IMG/VR virus record: IMGVR_UViG_3300002307_000048
Span: 7,693-71,692 of that record
Strand: one strand, 5' to 3'
Source: a virus
Taxonomy: Duplodnaviria; Caudoviricetes
Length of the DNA stretch: 64,000 nucleotides
In this document: piece after piece, positions 16,923 through 25,700 of the stretch
Layout: each line of letters starts with the position of its first letter
How positions within the stretch are numbered: position 1 is the first letter of the stretch
Position numbers and translations under genes: made by a program
Notes under the pieces: generated by a model
Told to the model about the DNA's origin: nothing
Databases searched by the model: none
What the model saw: the letters and a program-made list of their open reading frames with translations, nothing else

Positions 16923-17771
16923 TTATTTTTTAGTCATTGGTTCGTACTTAGCGCCCTCCGGGGTAGTAAACTCTTTATCTCCAGAAGACCATTTTTGATT
17001 ATTTTTAACCCAGGTTTTAAAGGTATCATATACAAACTTGTTCTTCTCAATAGACTTATGGTTATTCATACCTTTAAAAATACCAGCCACCAAATGAGGA
17101 TCATATTTTTGCTGTATGGTAACACAATTTCTGTATGACAACTGGTGAGGCATTTTTGATACATACTTACAATGCTCCTCAATCCATATCTGCAAAGAAT
17201 GTTTTTTAGGCTCTGGAGAATCATCAAACATGTCTTTTTGTACATACTTACCTACCGGTGTTTTCTTAGGCGATGGAGCTTTTTTTGCAGGCTTATCCTC
17301 CGGTATTTCCACTGCTGGAATATGGCCTTTCTCAACATGGTATTTCTGCCGTTGATATTCTCGTTTATAAGCTAATCCTTTCAACAGCTCATCCACAATC
17401 GGGCTGGTAAGGGTATAATCATTCATTTTCTTTCCCTCCCCCAGGTGCTTATTGAAAATACCACACTCAGTCCCTTCGTCTATGATATCACATAGAAACT
17501 GAAAGCTTATCTTACAATCTTCGGCTAATAATTCAAGTTCCAATTTAGTAAATTGTATTAATCTATTATTTGATTGTCCAAGGTTCTCAAAAAGCATCAA
17601 TATCGTTCCGTAAATTGATACCTCTATATATTCTGGTCCCAAACGCTTTAATTTAGAATAAGCCAGCTTAAATCGCTTATCATTCCTTAAGTCACATGGA
17701 TGCGGGAACCTGGCTGCATTTAAAACCGTTTTCCGCCCGACCTTTCGCCCAGGTACAGGTATCTTACTCAA
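16923..17771 (-). CDS. Putative replication initiation protein (DUF4373/Lin1244-like N-terminus)
   Basis: RFPHPCDLRND...YGTILMLFENL N-terminus; sits directly upstream of dnaB. Confidence 0.6.
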   Translation of the reverse strand: MSKIPVPGRKVGRKTVLNAARFPHPCDLRNDKRFKLAYSKLKRLGPEYIEVSIYGTILMLFENLGQSNNRLIQFTKLELELLAEDCKISFQFLCDIIDEGTECGIFNKHLGEGKKMNDYTLTSPIVDELLKGLAYKREYQRQKYHVEKGHIPAVEIPEDKPAKKAPSPKKTPVGKYVQKDMFDDSPEPKKHSLQIWIEEHCKYVSKMPHQLSYRNCVTIQQKYDPHLVAGIFKGMNNHKSIEKNKFVYDTFKTWVKNNQKWSSGDKEFTTPEGAKYEPMTKK

Positions 17772-17774
17772 AAC

Positions 17775-18053
17775 TTATTTCTTCAATGATTCAAGAAAGT
17801 TTTCCCATTTTTCATTCAGTATAACGAGCTTTATCCCGTATTTATCTGTAGTCTCTTTTGGCCTTGTGCCTATTTTTGGTTTCTTTCGAAGTTCGTCCAT
17901 CGCATAACCGTAATCCAGCTTATCATCCTTGATAGCTATATTTATTTTACTTTCATGCGGGATATTAGCCATGGCTGCAGCCTTTGCAACTGTTACTGCA
18001 GGCAATGGTTTGTTTTCTTTATCCTTTGTATCGGTGATTATCTTTATGTACAT
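17775..18053 (-). CDS. Hypothetical basic protein
   Basis: 92-aa ORF heading the replication operon. Confidence 0.65.
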   Translation of the reverse strand: MYIKIITDTKDKENKPLPAVTVAKAAAMANIPHESKINIAIKDDKLDYGYAMDELRKKPKIGTRPKETTDKYGIKLVILNEKWENFLESLKK

Positions 18054-18130
18054 CTACTGTGAATTTGAGAGTACAATACTAAGAAAATTAAATTTGATAA
18101 ACAAATTTGTTTTTAATATTTTTTACAAAG

Positions 18131-18158
18131 AAAAAGGGGACCAACGAAATCCCCTTTC
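18131..18158 (-). terminator. Intrinsic terminator-like hairpin
   Basis: AAAGGGGA/TCCCCTTT stem followed by a T run on the minus strand. Confidence 0.55.
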
Positions 18159-18231
18159 CTTAATGCGTGATGCATTGACCAATGACCTATAAAAAATAGA
18201 ACGTAACAAAGGTAAGAAAGTTTTATAAAAT

Positions 18232-18260
18232 AAAAAGGCCCGGATTATTTTATCCGGGCC
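18232..18260 (-). terminator. Intrinsic terminator downstream of the tRNA pair
   Basis: GGCCCGGAT/ATCCGGGCC stem followed by TTTTT. Confidence 0.8.
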
Positions 18261-18304
18261 TGCTTCGAAGCAATCACTTTTATTGCATACTCGCGTTAGT
18301 GTTG

Positions 18305-18379
18305 TCTGAAAAGAAGGATTCGAACCTTCGGCCTCCTGCTCCCAAAGCAGGCGCTCTACGCGAACTGAGCTATTTCCAG
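18305..18379 (-). tRNA. tRNA-Pro (UGG), CCA not encoded
   Basis: CTGGAAA/TTTTCAG acceptor, GCTC/GAGC D-stem, CCTGC-TT TGG GA-GCAGG anticodon arm, GAAGG-TTCGAAT-CCTTC T-arm. D-loop reads GCG instead of GG. Confidence 0.92.
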
Positions 18380-18386
18380 AAATTAG

Positions 18387-18462
18387 TTGCGAGGAAGGGA
18401 TTTGAACCCTTAATTATTAGGGTATGTGAGCCTAACGTGTTACCAGTTACGTCCACCTCACG
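18387..18462 (-). tRNA. Initiator-like tRNA-Met derivative with a 9-nt anticodon loop
   Basis: C1:A72 mismatch, acceptor CGTGAGG/CCTCGCA, T-arm AAGGG-TTCAAAT-CCCTT, anticodon arm TTAGG-CTCACATAC-CCTAA. Confidence 0.7.
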
Positions 18463-18492
18463 ATATTGAAACAGCCAAATGCTATTACCGGA

Positions 18493-18522
18493 CAAAGATA
18501 TAAATTTAATTTAATAACCAAA
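18493..18522 (-). promoter_or_regulatory. Bacteroidota-type promoter for the tRNA pair
   Basis: TTTG-N18-TATCTTTG, 30 nt upstream of the first tRNA. Confidence 0.65.
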
Positions 18523-18531
18523 ATTTATTTT

Positions 18532-19476
18532 TTATGTACCGCATCCTTCACTTTCACAAGAGTAACCAGCATTAACCTCATGGATACGTTCTGCAGAAAG
18601 AGTCTCTTTATTCGCCATAATAGAATCATAGGACATTTTATTATCCAACCAAGTACCTTTACCCAACTGCTCTTGTCTAGCAAACCACCTCATTTTAGCA
18701 GGATTAATAATACATTCAGTCGCCAGGGTTTCTGGTTTTTTATGAAAACAACCCACACAATTTGAAATTGGGGGAAATTCTATTTGCCTACGTTCCTCAA
18801 ATAGATTACCTCCTAACCATCCATTATGTTTCCAGTAATCTTGTACATGACGTTTCTCTATCCTGTTCTTTATTAATGGCATGTGGCAAAAACGCCAATC
18901 AAAGGTTTCATGATGCATTTGTTTTGAACCATAAGTATTACACCATGTTGGTATTTTAAAACCTCCTTTGTTTTCCCCTCCATTAAAGAACCGTTCCATT
19001 CTATCATACTCGTCTGCCCGGAACCCAATTCTCATTTGAACCTTATCTTTTTTTGTATTACCCGTGCTTACTTGATAATACCACCATTCAAAAATTGGGA
19101 GCATTTTCATTTCTAAAGTACAATATCTCCTAGCCCAACTAGGTTACCTAGTTGGCTGACCTCCAAAAGTCCTTTTGGAGGTCAGCACATCATCAAACGA
19201 TTTTCCCCTTGTCCATATAATTTCAGAGCCTAACAACTGCTCTAGATCGCGCATGGCAATAATTGTCTTATCATCTTCGGCCGTGGCTATAAACTCTCCA
19301 TAAGTGGGTATTTGCTTTTCCAATTTATCATTAACATATTGGATTAGCTTTTTATCATCTGGCGCACACTCAGGATCATTTATGCATACAAGGCTAAAAA
19401 TATTATAATCGGCTGGATAATGAATAGCCATAAAACTGGAGGTTTCCCCTCCAGAAAGTGAATTAACTGTTTTCAT
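18532..19476 (-). pseudogene. PAPS-reductase-like (PP-loop) protein interrupted by one in-frame TAA at codon 111 (19144-19146)
   Basis: SLSGGETSS PP-loop; the two track ORFs are in the same frame and join as GGQPTR*PSWARRYCTLEMK; C-terminal CVGCF and CESEGCG cysteines. Could be a switchable gene rather than a dead one. Confidence 0.85.
19135..19155. repeat. Perfect 9-bp inverted repeat with a 3-nt spacer that is the premature stop codon
   Basis: Plus strand CCAACTAGG-TTA-CCTAGTTGG; minus (coding) strand CCAACTAGG-TAA-CCTAGTTGG. Confidence 0.95.
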
Positions 19477-19973
19477 TCCCATCCTGGTATTTGAAGTGAA
19501 AGTTGTTTACCGGCATTATCAAACCATTTCTTATCGCATACATTAAGCACTACTTTCGGAAAATACTTTGCCATGCGCTTAATCTTTGTTTTAGATTTGG
19601 CATCCAGATATCCCTTTACTTCGGAATACGAAATAGATCCATCATTAGCGATAACCTTAAAATCTATTTTGTAGGAATTGGTACCATGTTTTATCCCTTC
19701 AAACCAGAATGTTTCTGATTCATATTCCCAATCCTTAATAAGGTTTGTTCGAACCATAAAAGCCAGGTATCTGGCATAGTTCTTTTCCCATTTACTTCTC
19801 AGATAGTATCGCTTGCCGTCAATTTCAAACCATCCAGATTGATTATTAAAAACTCTCCGGGGCCGGTGAGGTAACTTAGGATTAAAGGGATTCTTTTTTT
19901 TAGCTTCTTTGACCTCTTTAGTGGCCCTTATAAGCTGTTCTTTTGGTGATTCCATTGATTTTTTCGTTGTCAT
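19473..19973 (-). CDS. PD-(D/E)xK endonuclease (T7 endonuclease I / DUF1064-like)
   Basis: YLRSKWE, WEYESETF, YKIDF and EVKGY motifs. Confidence 0.78.
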   Translation of the reverse strand: MTTKKSMESPKEQLIRATKEVKEAKKKNPFNPKLPHRPRRVFNNQSGWFEIDGKRYYLRSKWEKNYARYLAFMVRTNLIKDWEYESETFWFEGIKHGTNSYKIDFKVIANDGSISYSEVKGYLDAKSKTKIKRMAKYFPKVVLNVCDKKWFDNAGKQLSLQIPGWE

Positions 19974-19981
19974 TGGTAAAT

Positions 19982-20010
19982 AAAAAGGGGAAAACCATAT
20001 CGGCTTCCCC
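19982..20010 (-). terminator. Intrinsic terminator
   Basis: GGGGAA/TTCCCC stem followed by TTTTT on the minus strand. Confidence 0.65.
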
Positions 20011-20066
20011 CATACTAGTAGACTAAAAAAGAAAGATAGATAAGCAGGAAAATTACAGAAACCTGA

Positions 20067-20318
20067 TTATGCTGTAGTATTGATCGTGCTGATTATTGTA
20101 GCTACACTGGTAGCAGAATAATAAAGATCAGGAATGTTACCACTGGTCTGTACGGTAACAAGAGTTGCGCAACCCGCAACGGACGTATCCGGCTGGATTG
20201 ATAAAATTTTACTTACCGGGACACCAATGGTAACAGCAGATGATAATGGGTTACCATTATCATCGCCTGCGTTTTTCTTTAGGTATGCCAGTGATAGGGT
20301 TTGGATTGTTGATCCCAT
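20067..20318 (-). CDS. Hypothetical protein
   Basis: 83-aa ORF with its own promoter box and terminator. Confidence 0.7.
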   Translation of the reverse strand: MGSTIQTLSLAYLKKNAGDDNGNPLSSAVTIGVPVSKILSIQPDTSVAGCATLVTVQTSGNIPDLYYSATSVATIISTINTTA

Positions 20319-20355
20319 TTTCTTAAATATTTAAGGTTTAAACAAATTTGTATAT

Positions 20356-20363
20356 CAAAGGTA
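20356..20363 (-). promoter_or_regulatory. Bacteroidota-type -7 box (TACCTTTG)
   Basis: TAnnTTTG match upstream of the 20318 start. Confidence 0.5.
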
Positions 20364-20372
20364 AAACTTTTT

Positions 20373-20999
20373 TTAATACCACGTCCACCATAAAAATTTA
20401 TGGGAAGACTTAATATCAATGAAGTCAATACCAACTATTTTAGTATTTGGGTTTTTAGATACTGCAGTACCGGTTACATGAGCTTTGCCTAGAAACCAGG
20501 ATCTTTTAATAGCGCCTACGAACTGGAGTGAATCTTCGGATTGGATCTTTAAATCCCATGTTGAATCGCCCTCCTCTCTATACCCGTGAATATGGAACCA
20601 TTTAGAATCATAATTTATGGCCTCAACATGCACTGTATCATAAATTGTACTATCCTTACCTTTAGTATATATATGGTTATTGGTTACAGTATTTGTACCA
20701 ACATAACTACGTGCATCCTTCTGGTTTAATTTCAATTCCTTTATAGCTGATTTTATTTCATCCAGCTCCGGAAGTTTCATATTCTTAAGTTGCTCCATAG
20801 TATAGGCTTGTTGCTCAACCTGAGCTGCCATAAGTCCCGATTTTGTTTTATAGTGGGTAAGACTATCCCTGGAAGTGTTTATGCTGGCAGATAGGGTTTG
20901 TTTTTCTTCTTTTAGATTTATATACCCATCAAGCAGAAAGCCTGAAGTAACAAATAGTATAACTACAATTAAACTCAGGATTAAAGTAAGTCTGTTCAT
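20373..20999 (-). CDS. N-terminally anchored membrane protein, putative spanin
   Basis: N-terminal TM helix, coiled-coil, then a beta-rich C-terminus; coupled to the holin gene. Confidence 0.55.
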   Translation of the reverse strand: MNRLTLILSLIVVILFVTSGFLLDGYINLKEEKQTLSASINTSRDSLTHYKTKSGLMAAQVEQQAYTMEQLKNMKLPELDEIKSAIKELKLNQKDARSYVGTNTVTNNHIYTKGKDSTIYDTVHVEAINYDSKWFHIHGYREEGDSTWDLKIQSEDSLQFVGAIKRSWFLGKAHVTGTAVSKNPNTKIVGIDFIDIKSSHKFLWWTWY

Positions 21000-21640
21000 T
21001 TCGTTGCTTTTTTATGGTTATTAGCCGCTGGAGTCATTTTAGCTTCATCAGTATCGGTTACCGGTGATTTAGATCTCCTATTCTTTTTTACCTCATTATC
21101 AATATTCCCAGTTTCAGTAAACTTTTTTAACCTGGATATAATAAATACTGGAGGAAAGTGGTCATGCCCTAATTGTGCCATACTCTCAAAAATAGAAAGT
21201 ATGATCGCCACAAACATTGTACTTTGAACAATTATATTCAGGTAATCAAATCCAGCGCCAATGACGCTTGAGTTATTCAATACAATAAAATGCCCAAAAA
21301 TATTCATTACAAATAATGTGGTACCATATTTTACAATCTTATCAAAGAATAGGTGAAAGCAGTCATACGATAATTTTTTCTGGCGCCATTGTACATAGGC
21401 CCGGATGAATAGATCTACACATAAGGCAATAAGAACCATTGTGGCTGTTTCCCAATTTGAGAAAAGGTATTTGTTTATAAAAAAAACAACAGGCTGTACA
21501 AATACGCTTAGCATGGTGGCAGAAAGGATTCTACTTACAGCGTTTCCGCCATGGTAAGCTACAAAGGCAGTTGTGAATACTATTTTCATTTCTCTAATTA
21601 GGGTATATTTAAGATCAACTTTAGTATGTAATGTGTTCAT
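20996..21640 (-). CDS. Putative holin (Phage_holin_4_1-like)
   Basis: Multiple TM segments; VDLFIRAY...KIVKY...SIFESMAQLG pattern. Start moved to ATG 21640 because the track's TTG start overlaps the promoter box. Confidence 0.65.
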   Translation of the reverse strand: MNTLHTKVDLKYTLIREMKIVFTTAFVAYHGGNAVSRILSATMLSVFVQPVVFFINKYLFSNWETATMVLIALCVDLFIRAYVQWRQKKLSYDCFHLFFDKIVKYGTTLFVMNIFGHFIVLNNSSVIGAGFDYLNIIVQSTMFVAIILSIFESMAQLGHDHFPPVFIISRLKKFTETGNIDNEVKKNRRSKSPVTDTDEAKMTPAANNHKKATK

Positions 21641-21667
21641 TTTATATATTATATATGTAAAACATGT

Positions 21668-21675
21668 CAAAGATA
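21668..21675 (-). promoter_or_regulatory. Bacteroidota-type -7 box (TATCTTTG) for holin-spanin
   Basis: TAnnTTTG match 27 nt upstream of ATG 21640, just after a terminator. Confidence 0.55.
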
Positions 21676-21687
21676 AAAATTATTGAT

Positions 21688-21720
21688 AAAAAAAGGGAGA
21701 TATTTTGTTATACCTCCCTT
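21688..21720 (-). terminator. Intrinsic terminator ending the structural operon
   Basis: AAGGGAGG/TCTCCCTT stem followed by a T run. Confidence 0.7.
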
Positions 21721-21745
21721 CTCTTAGCCAGGATAAATAAAAGCT

Positions 21746-21799
21746 TTAGCAGCCTTTACCGCCTTTCGGCTTTTTTTTCGCGAATCGGATTCCGTACAT
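21746..21799 (-). CDS. Possible 17-aa micro-ORF MYGIRFAKKKPKGGKGC
   Basis: ATG to TAA in the gap before the terminator; length alone cannot establish coding. Confidence 0.3.
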   Translation of the reverse strand: MYGIRFAKKKPKGGKGC

Positions 21800-21837
21800 A
21801 ACGCAAAATTATTAAATGGTTAAAAAAAAGTGACTTA

Positions 21838-22704
21838 TTAAGTGTACCAATATTCCACATCAATAGTGGTTCCGCTTCCATCAATAGTCATGGGAATTAG
21901 GCCATAATCATTTTCATATTCCTTCTTCTCTCCGGCTAAAAATGTAGATAACCCATCAACTACGGCTGTGCTAGATCCAGTATTGGTTAATATTATTTTA
22001 TGAGCAACATGGTTTTTTACCCGATATAATGGTGCCCCAGCCTTAAAGTCAAGAACTCCTGGTTCCATATCAAGACGCTGAGAGACATTATCGGCTATTG
22101 CCGGCAGGCTGTAGTTAGCCATAATCCGGACAACTTGGTTACTATTTGAATCATAAATATAATCATCATCATTTAGTAATGTAAAATCAGTGCCGGTTCC
22201 TATTAGCACATCTCTATTGTAAGTAGGATCTACACCTGCAGTATGTGTCGATACTGTAAATGTACCATTTGTTCCGGGAGCAGAAGCAACGCCCAAAACT
22301 GTATTTGTTATTTCTACCCTATGAAGCGCAACATTGTTATTAGGGGTAAATATAGCATGTGTAGGGTCAAATGAATTTATAGCGTTTACTATTTTAGAGG
22401 CAATAGTCGTAGCGCTATCATTATTTGCATAAACGACGTGTATCCCAACGCCACCTAAAGCTGGATCTATACTCGAACCATTATCTAACCATGCGTAATA
22501 TGTAGTAGTAGGTGAATGGAATGCAATGTAAGTAGTAGATAAATTGCCTGACACGTCTGCGGTGGTTACAAAATATACAACTTGTGCTATCCCAGGAGTA
22601 ACCTGTTCGGAGGAAATAGTCCCTGACATAAGTTCAGCATCCGGGATACACATAGTAGTAGATGTGGATAGATGCTTTTTTAATCCTGAATGATGTATTG
22701 GCAT
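21838..22704 (-). CDS. Putative virion structural protein
   Basis: 288 aa, T/S/N/G-rich and beta-like; last large gene of the structural operon. Confidence 0.6.
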   Translation of the reverse strand: MPIHHSGLKKHLSTSTTMCIPDAELMSGTISSEQVTPGIAQVVYFVTTADVSGNLSTTYIAFHSPTTTYYAWLDNGSSIDPALGGVGIHVVYANNDSATTIASKIVNAINSFDPTHAIFTPNNNVALHRVEITNTVLGVASAPGTNGTFTVSTHTAGVDPTYNRDVLIGTGTDFTLLNDDDYIYDSNSNQVVRIMANYSLPAIADNVSQRLDMEPGVLDFKAGAPLYRVKNHVAHKIILTNTGSSTAVVDGLSTFLAGEKKEYENDYGLIPMTIDGSGTTIDVEYWYT

Positions 22705-22740
22705 AGCTTTATCTTATTTAAGTGTAAAATTATGTAAAAA

Positions 22741-25700
22741 TTATTTATCTGTTCTCTTTATCAAATTATTAAGTTGATCCTCAGTTGGCAATGGCTGATT
22801 CTTATCAATGCGCTGCATTAATTGGTTAACAATGTCAGTCATGTAATAATCTAGCTGTATCCCTTTTTCTTTGTCGTCCGGGTTATCGCTTTTCTTTAAA
22901 TGATTTGCTGTTGTTGCATATACAGATAAATCGTTAGAATACTTTTTAATCAAATCATCCTGATCTAATATATAGTTATGGACAAAATCATCTTTCGATA
23001 AATCGTTAATATCATCCAATACTTTATTGGCCTCAGTTTCATTTTTATCAGAAACAAGTTCAGTATATTTATCGTGTAAGGCTTTAAAATGATTTTCTTT
23101 TTGATGTAGATCTTTCAAAAAGGCTTTAAAATCCTGCCCTGATTTACTTTGGCTAGCCAAATAAGATATTGCTGCATCAAATTGTTGAGGAAGTAATAAA
23201 TTACCCAAATCGCTAGTAATGCTTGTGCTGTTATCGCTTATTTCTCCAGTTGTGATCTGGCTTAAAGCTTTGGCAGTAAACTTGGCAGCTCCAGCCGCAT
23301 ACCCCTCGCATAATTTTTGCAACATTATAGGTGATCTGTTAAGGCGTTTACCCAACTCCTTATATACATTTGGTGTCCATGGATAGTATTGGTCTGCCGG
23401 TATTTTACTGAGCATCCAGGCTGGGACTTCATCTTTTTGGCTAAAGAAAGAATATCCTCCTTCGCCAGTATTATATTCTACCAGTGGCCTTAATGCAGAA
23501 GGAATAGACATGCCTACAGATCCTTTCCCATCAAGTGGATTCAAATATGAATATTGGGATGCTACACTATTCGCCAATTCAGAAACGGTATGACGGTTCA
23601 TTGATTGATTGGCCTCCAGGGAATGCCTTAATAAGCCCCCGAACAAGATCTGGAAAAACCCTTTTGGTACCCATTGAAACTTCCCTGTACCGATTGGTAT
23701 CTCATACCCCAAATCTCTTTTCCATGATGGCAATTCATAGTATGCCAGCCTATGTTTTTTCTTTTCTTCCTCATCATCAGTCCATGGTACTTCATTATTT
23801 AGATACCAGGCTAATAAATCTACAACCATCCATATAGCGGCAATTTTAGCAAAGTTCTTAATAGGCTGTTTTTCGCCTCTTAATATTTTACCCATTATCT
23901 CCCGGTTAAGTCTGGTCCAGGCAATATTGGCCGTTAAGAAATAGAAGAACTTATTTAAGAATCCAGCCCACGAGCCTTTGATGGAAAAGTCTACAGTTCT
24001 ATTTCTCTCTTGGTAAACAGCTTCAAAAACATTACCAGTGAGTTTATAAGCACTTTTAAAGGCTACCATTCTATTACTAAGCTCTGAGAATTGCCCCATT
24101 TTATAAAGGAAATGCTTATCGCTGAAAACATTACCAATAGTGTTAATATAGTGCAATACACTATTTTTTACGCCTGTTTTTAATTTGTCATGATTCTCCT
24201 GACGCTCATCCCGTAGATTATATAGGCCCATCATATCCCCGCCTGCGGCCAGGGATAACCATTCATCAATACTTTTATTGCCGGTCATTATAGATTTTGC
24301 CAAAGATGGTATTACCTTTCCGAAATCTATAATTGAATGCCCATATTCCCCGGCATTAAAAGAAGCGCCTCCAAAGTCACGAGCCATGTTGTTTAAAATC
24401 CATGTAGGATTAAGGTTTACAGCTCCATTTCTTAACCCTTGGTTTAATGCATTAAGGAAGGGGGCAATGGCGGTAGCGTTAAAAGCTGCCGTTACTCCTT
24501 TTAATTTATCCTTATAGGTAAGATAATCATAAAGGTCTTTCGGGATCTGATAATACTGAGGAATCATTTTTTGAAAAAAACCATCCTCAACAGTTTGGTA
24601 TGGCCGGGTTGGATCATCTTCAATATGAAGTTCTTTCATGCCGCCTCCTTTAACGATTTCGCCATGTATATCGTAAGCATCAGGCCCATAAACTTTAAGG
24701 ACACACATGCCGTCTAGAGACGGATCTTTTGACTTCATTCTAAAAATAGGATCCCCAAACTCGTCATATCCCGATATAGCAACAGTATTTTCTGGAATGC
24801 GCTGAATTGTCTGGAATCCAATTTCATGGAAGAATTTTACAAGGCTCCAAATATGCCTATTATCATTAGCTGCTTTCATTAAGGAAAAAGTATTCTCAAT
24901 CAATGCATCTAATGATTTATGCATATTGTTGATATCCTTTAAATCCAAAATGCTGATTGGCCTTACCGGATCTGCTGCACTAAGGCTATCAACTCCATTT
25001 CTGGATATTATTTCGCCTTTCCCTTCGTCTGCGCTTATATCTGATAGCATTGGTACATATATAGGATGAGTGCCAACTATTGCGTTATACTCGTCCTCTG
25101 TATACCTGCCAGCATCTTTAATATACTTAATAAGCGCCTGATTATATGCAGCCAGGTCAGCGATTACCTTTTCTACCCGGGCTGAACCCAAATCTTTTGT
25201 GATTTTGGCAACAGCCTCTTCATATACCTTAACACTTTCTCCGGTTGCGGGAGAACCCCTATCATATAGTTTCCCTAATTCATGATAATGAAGTATCCTT
25301 TTTGCGAATAATAAAGTTTCAAGATCATTTACAATACCTTCATCAATAAAAGGTTTTTCAATAGATAACAATGATGGCGCATTGCTCCATTCTATTCGAG
25401 CACCGTCTTCACTTAACAATCCGTTTGGTCCCGGAACAATACTAAATGGAGCATGCTCAACAAAAGCTTTAACCTGGCCTCCAATCCCATAAAGCATGTT
25501 AATGCTATAATTTATATTATCCTGTAATTGACCAAGCTTCTCTTTCTCGTCTGCAGTCAATAGTCCTTTCTTATCGTAGAAGTAAGCATTCATTAAATTA
25601 TGTTCTACATACCTATCATCAAAAATAGCCAGTTCATATTTTGTTCTACCTTTCCGAACTGCCTTATTGATATACTGCCTAGGGTTAAGCATAAAATTAC

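Noticed and set aside
18532-19476. Genome-wide stop-codon reassignment (as in some crAss-like phages) to explain the internal stop
   Set aside because: The internal stop is TAA, the dominant true stop here; very long ORFs (5279 and 1663 aa) are open in the standard code; no suppressor tRNA was seen.
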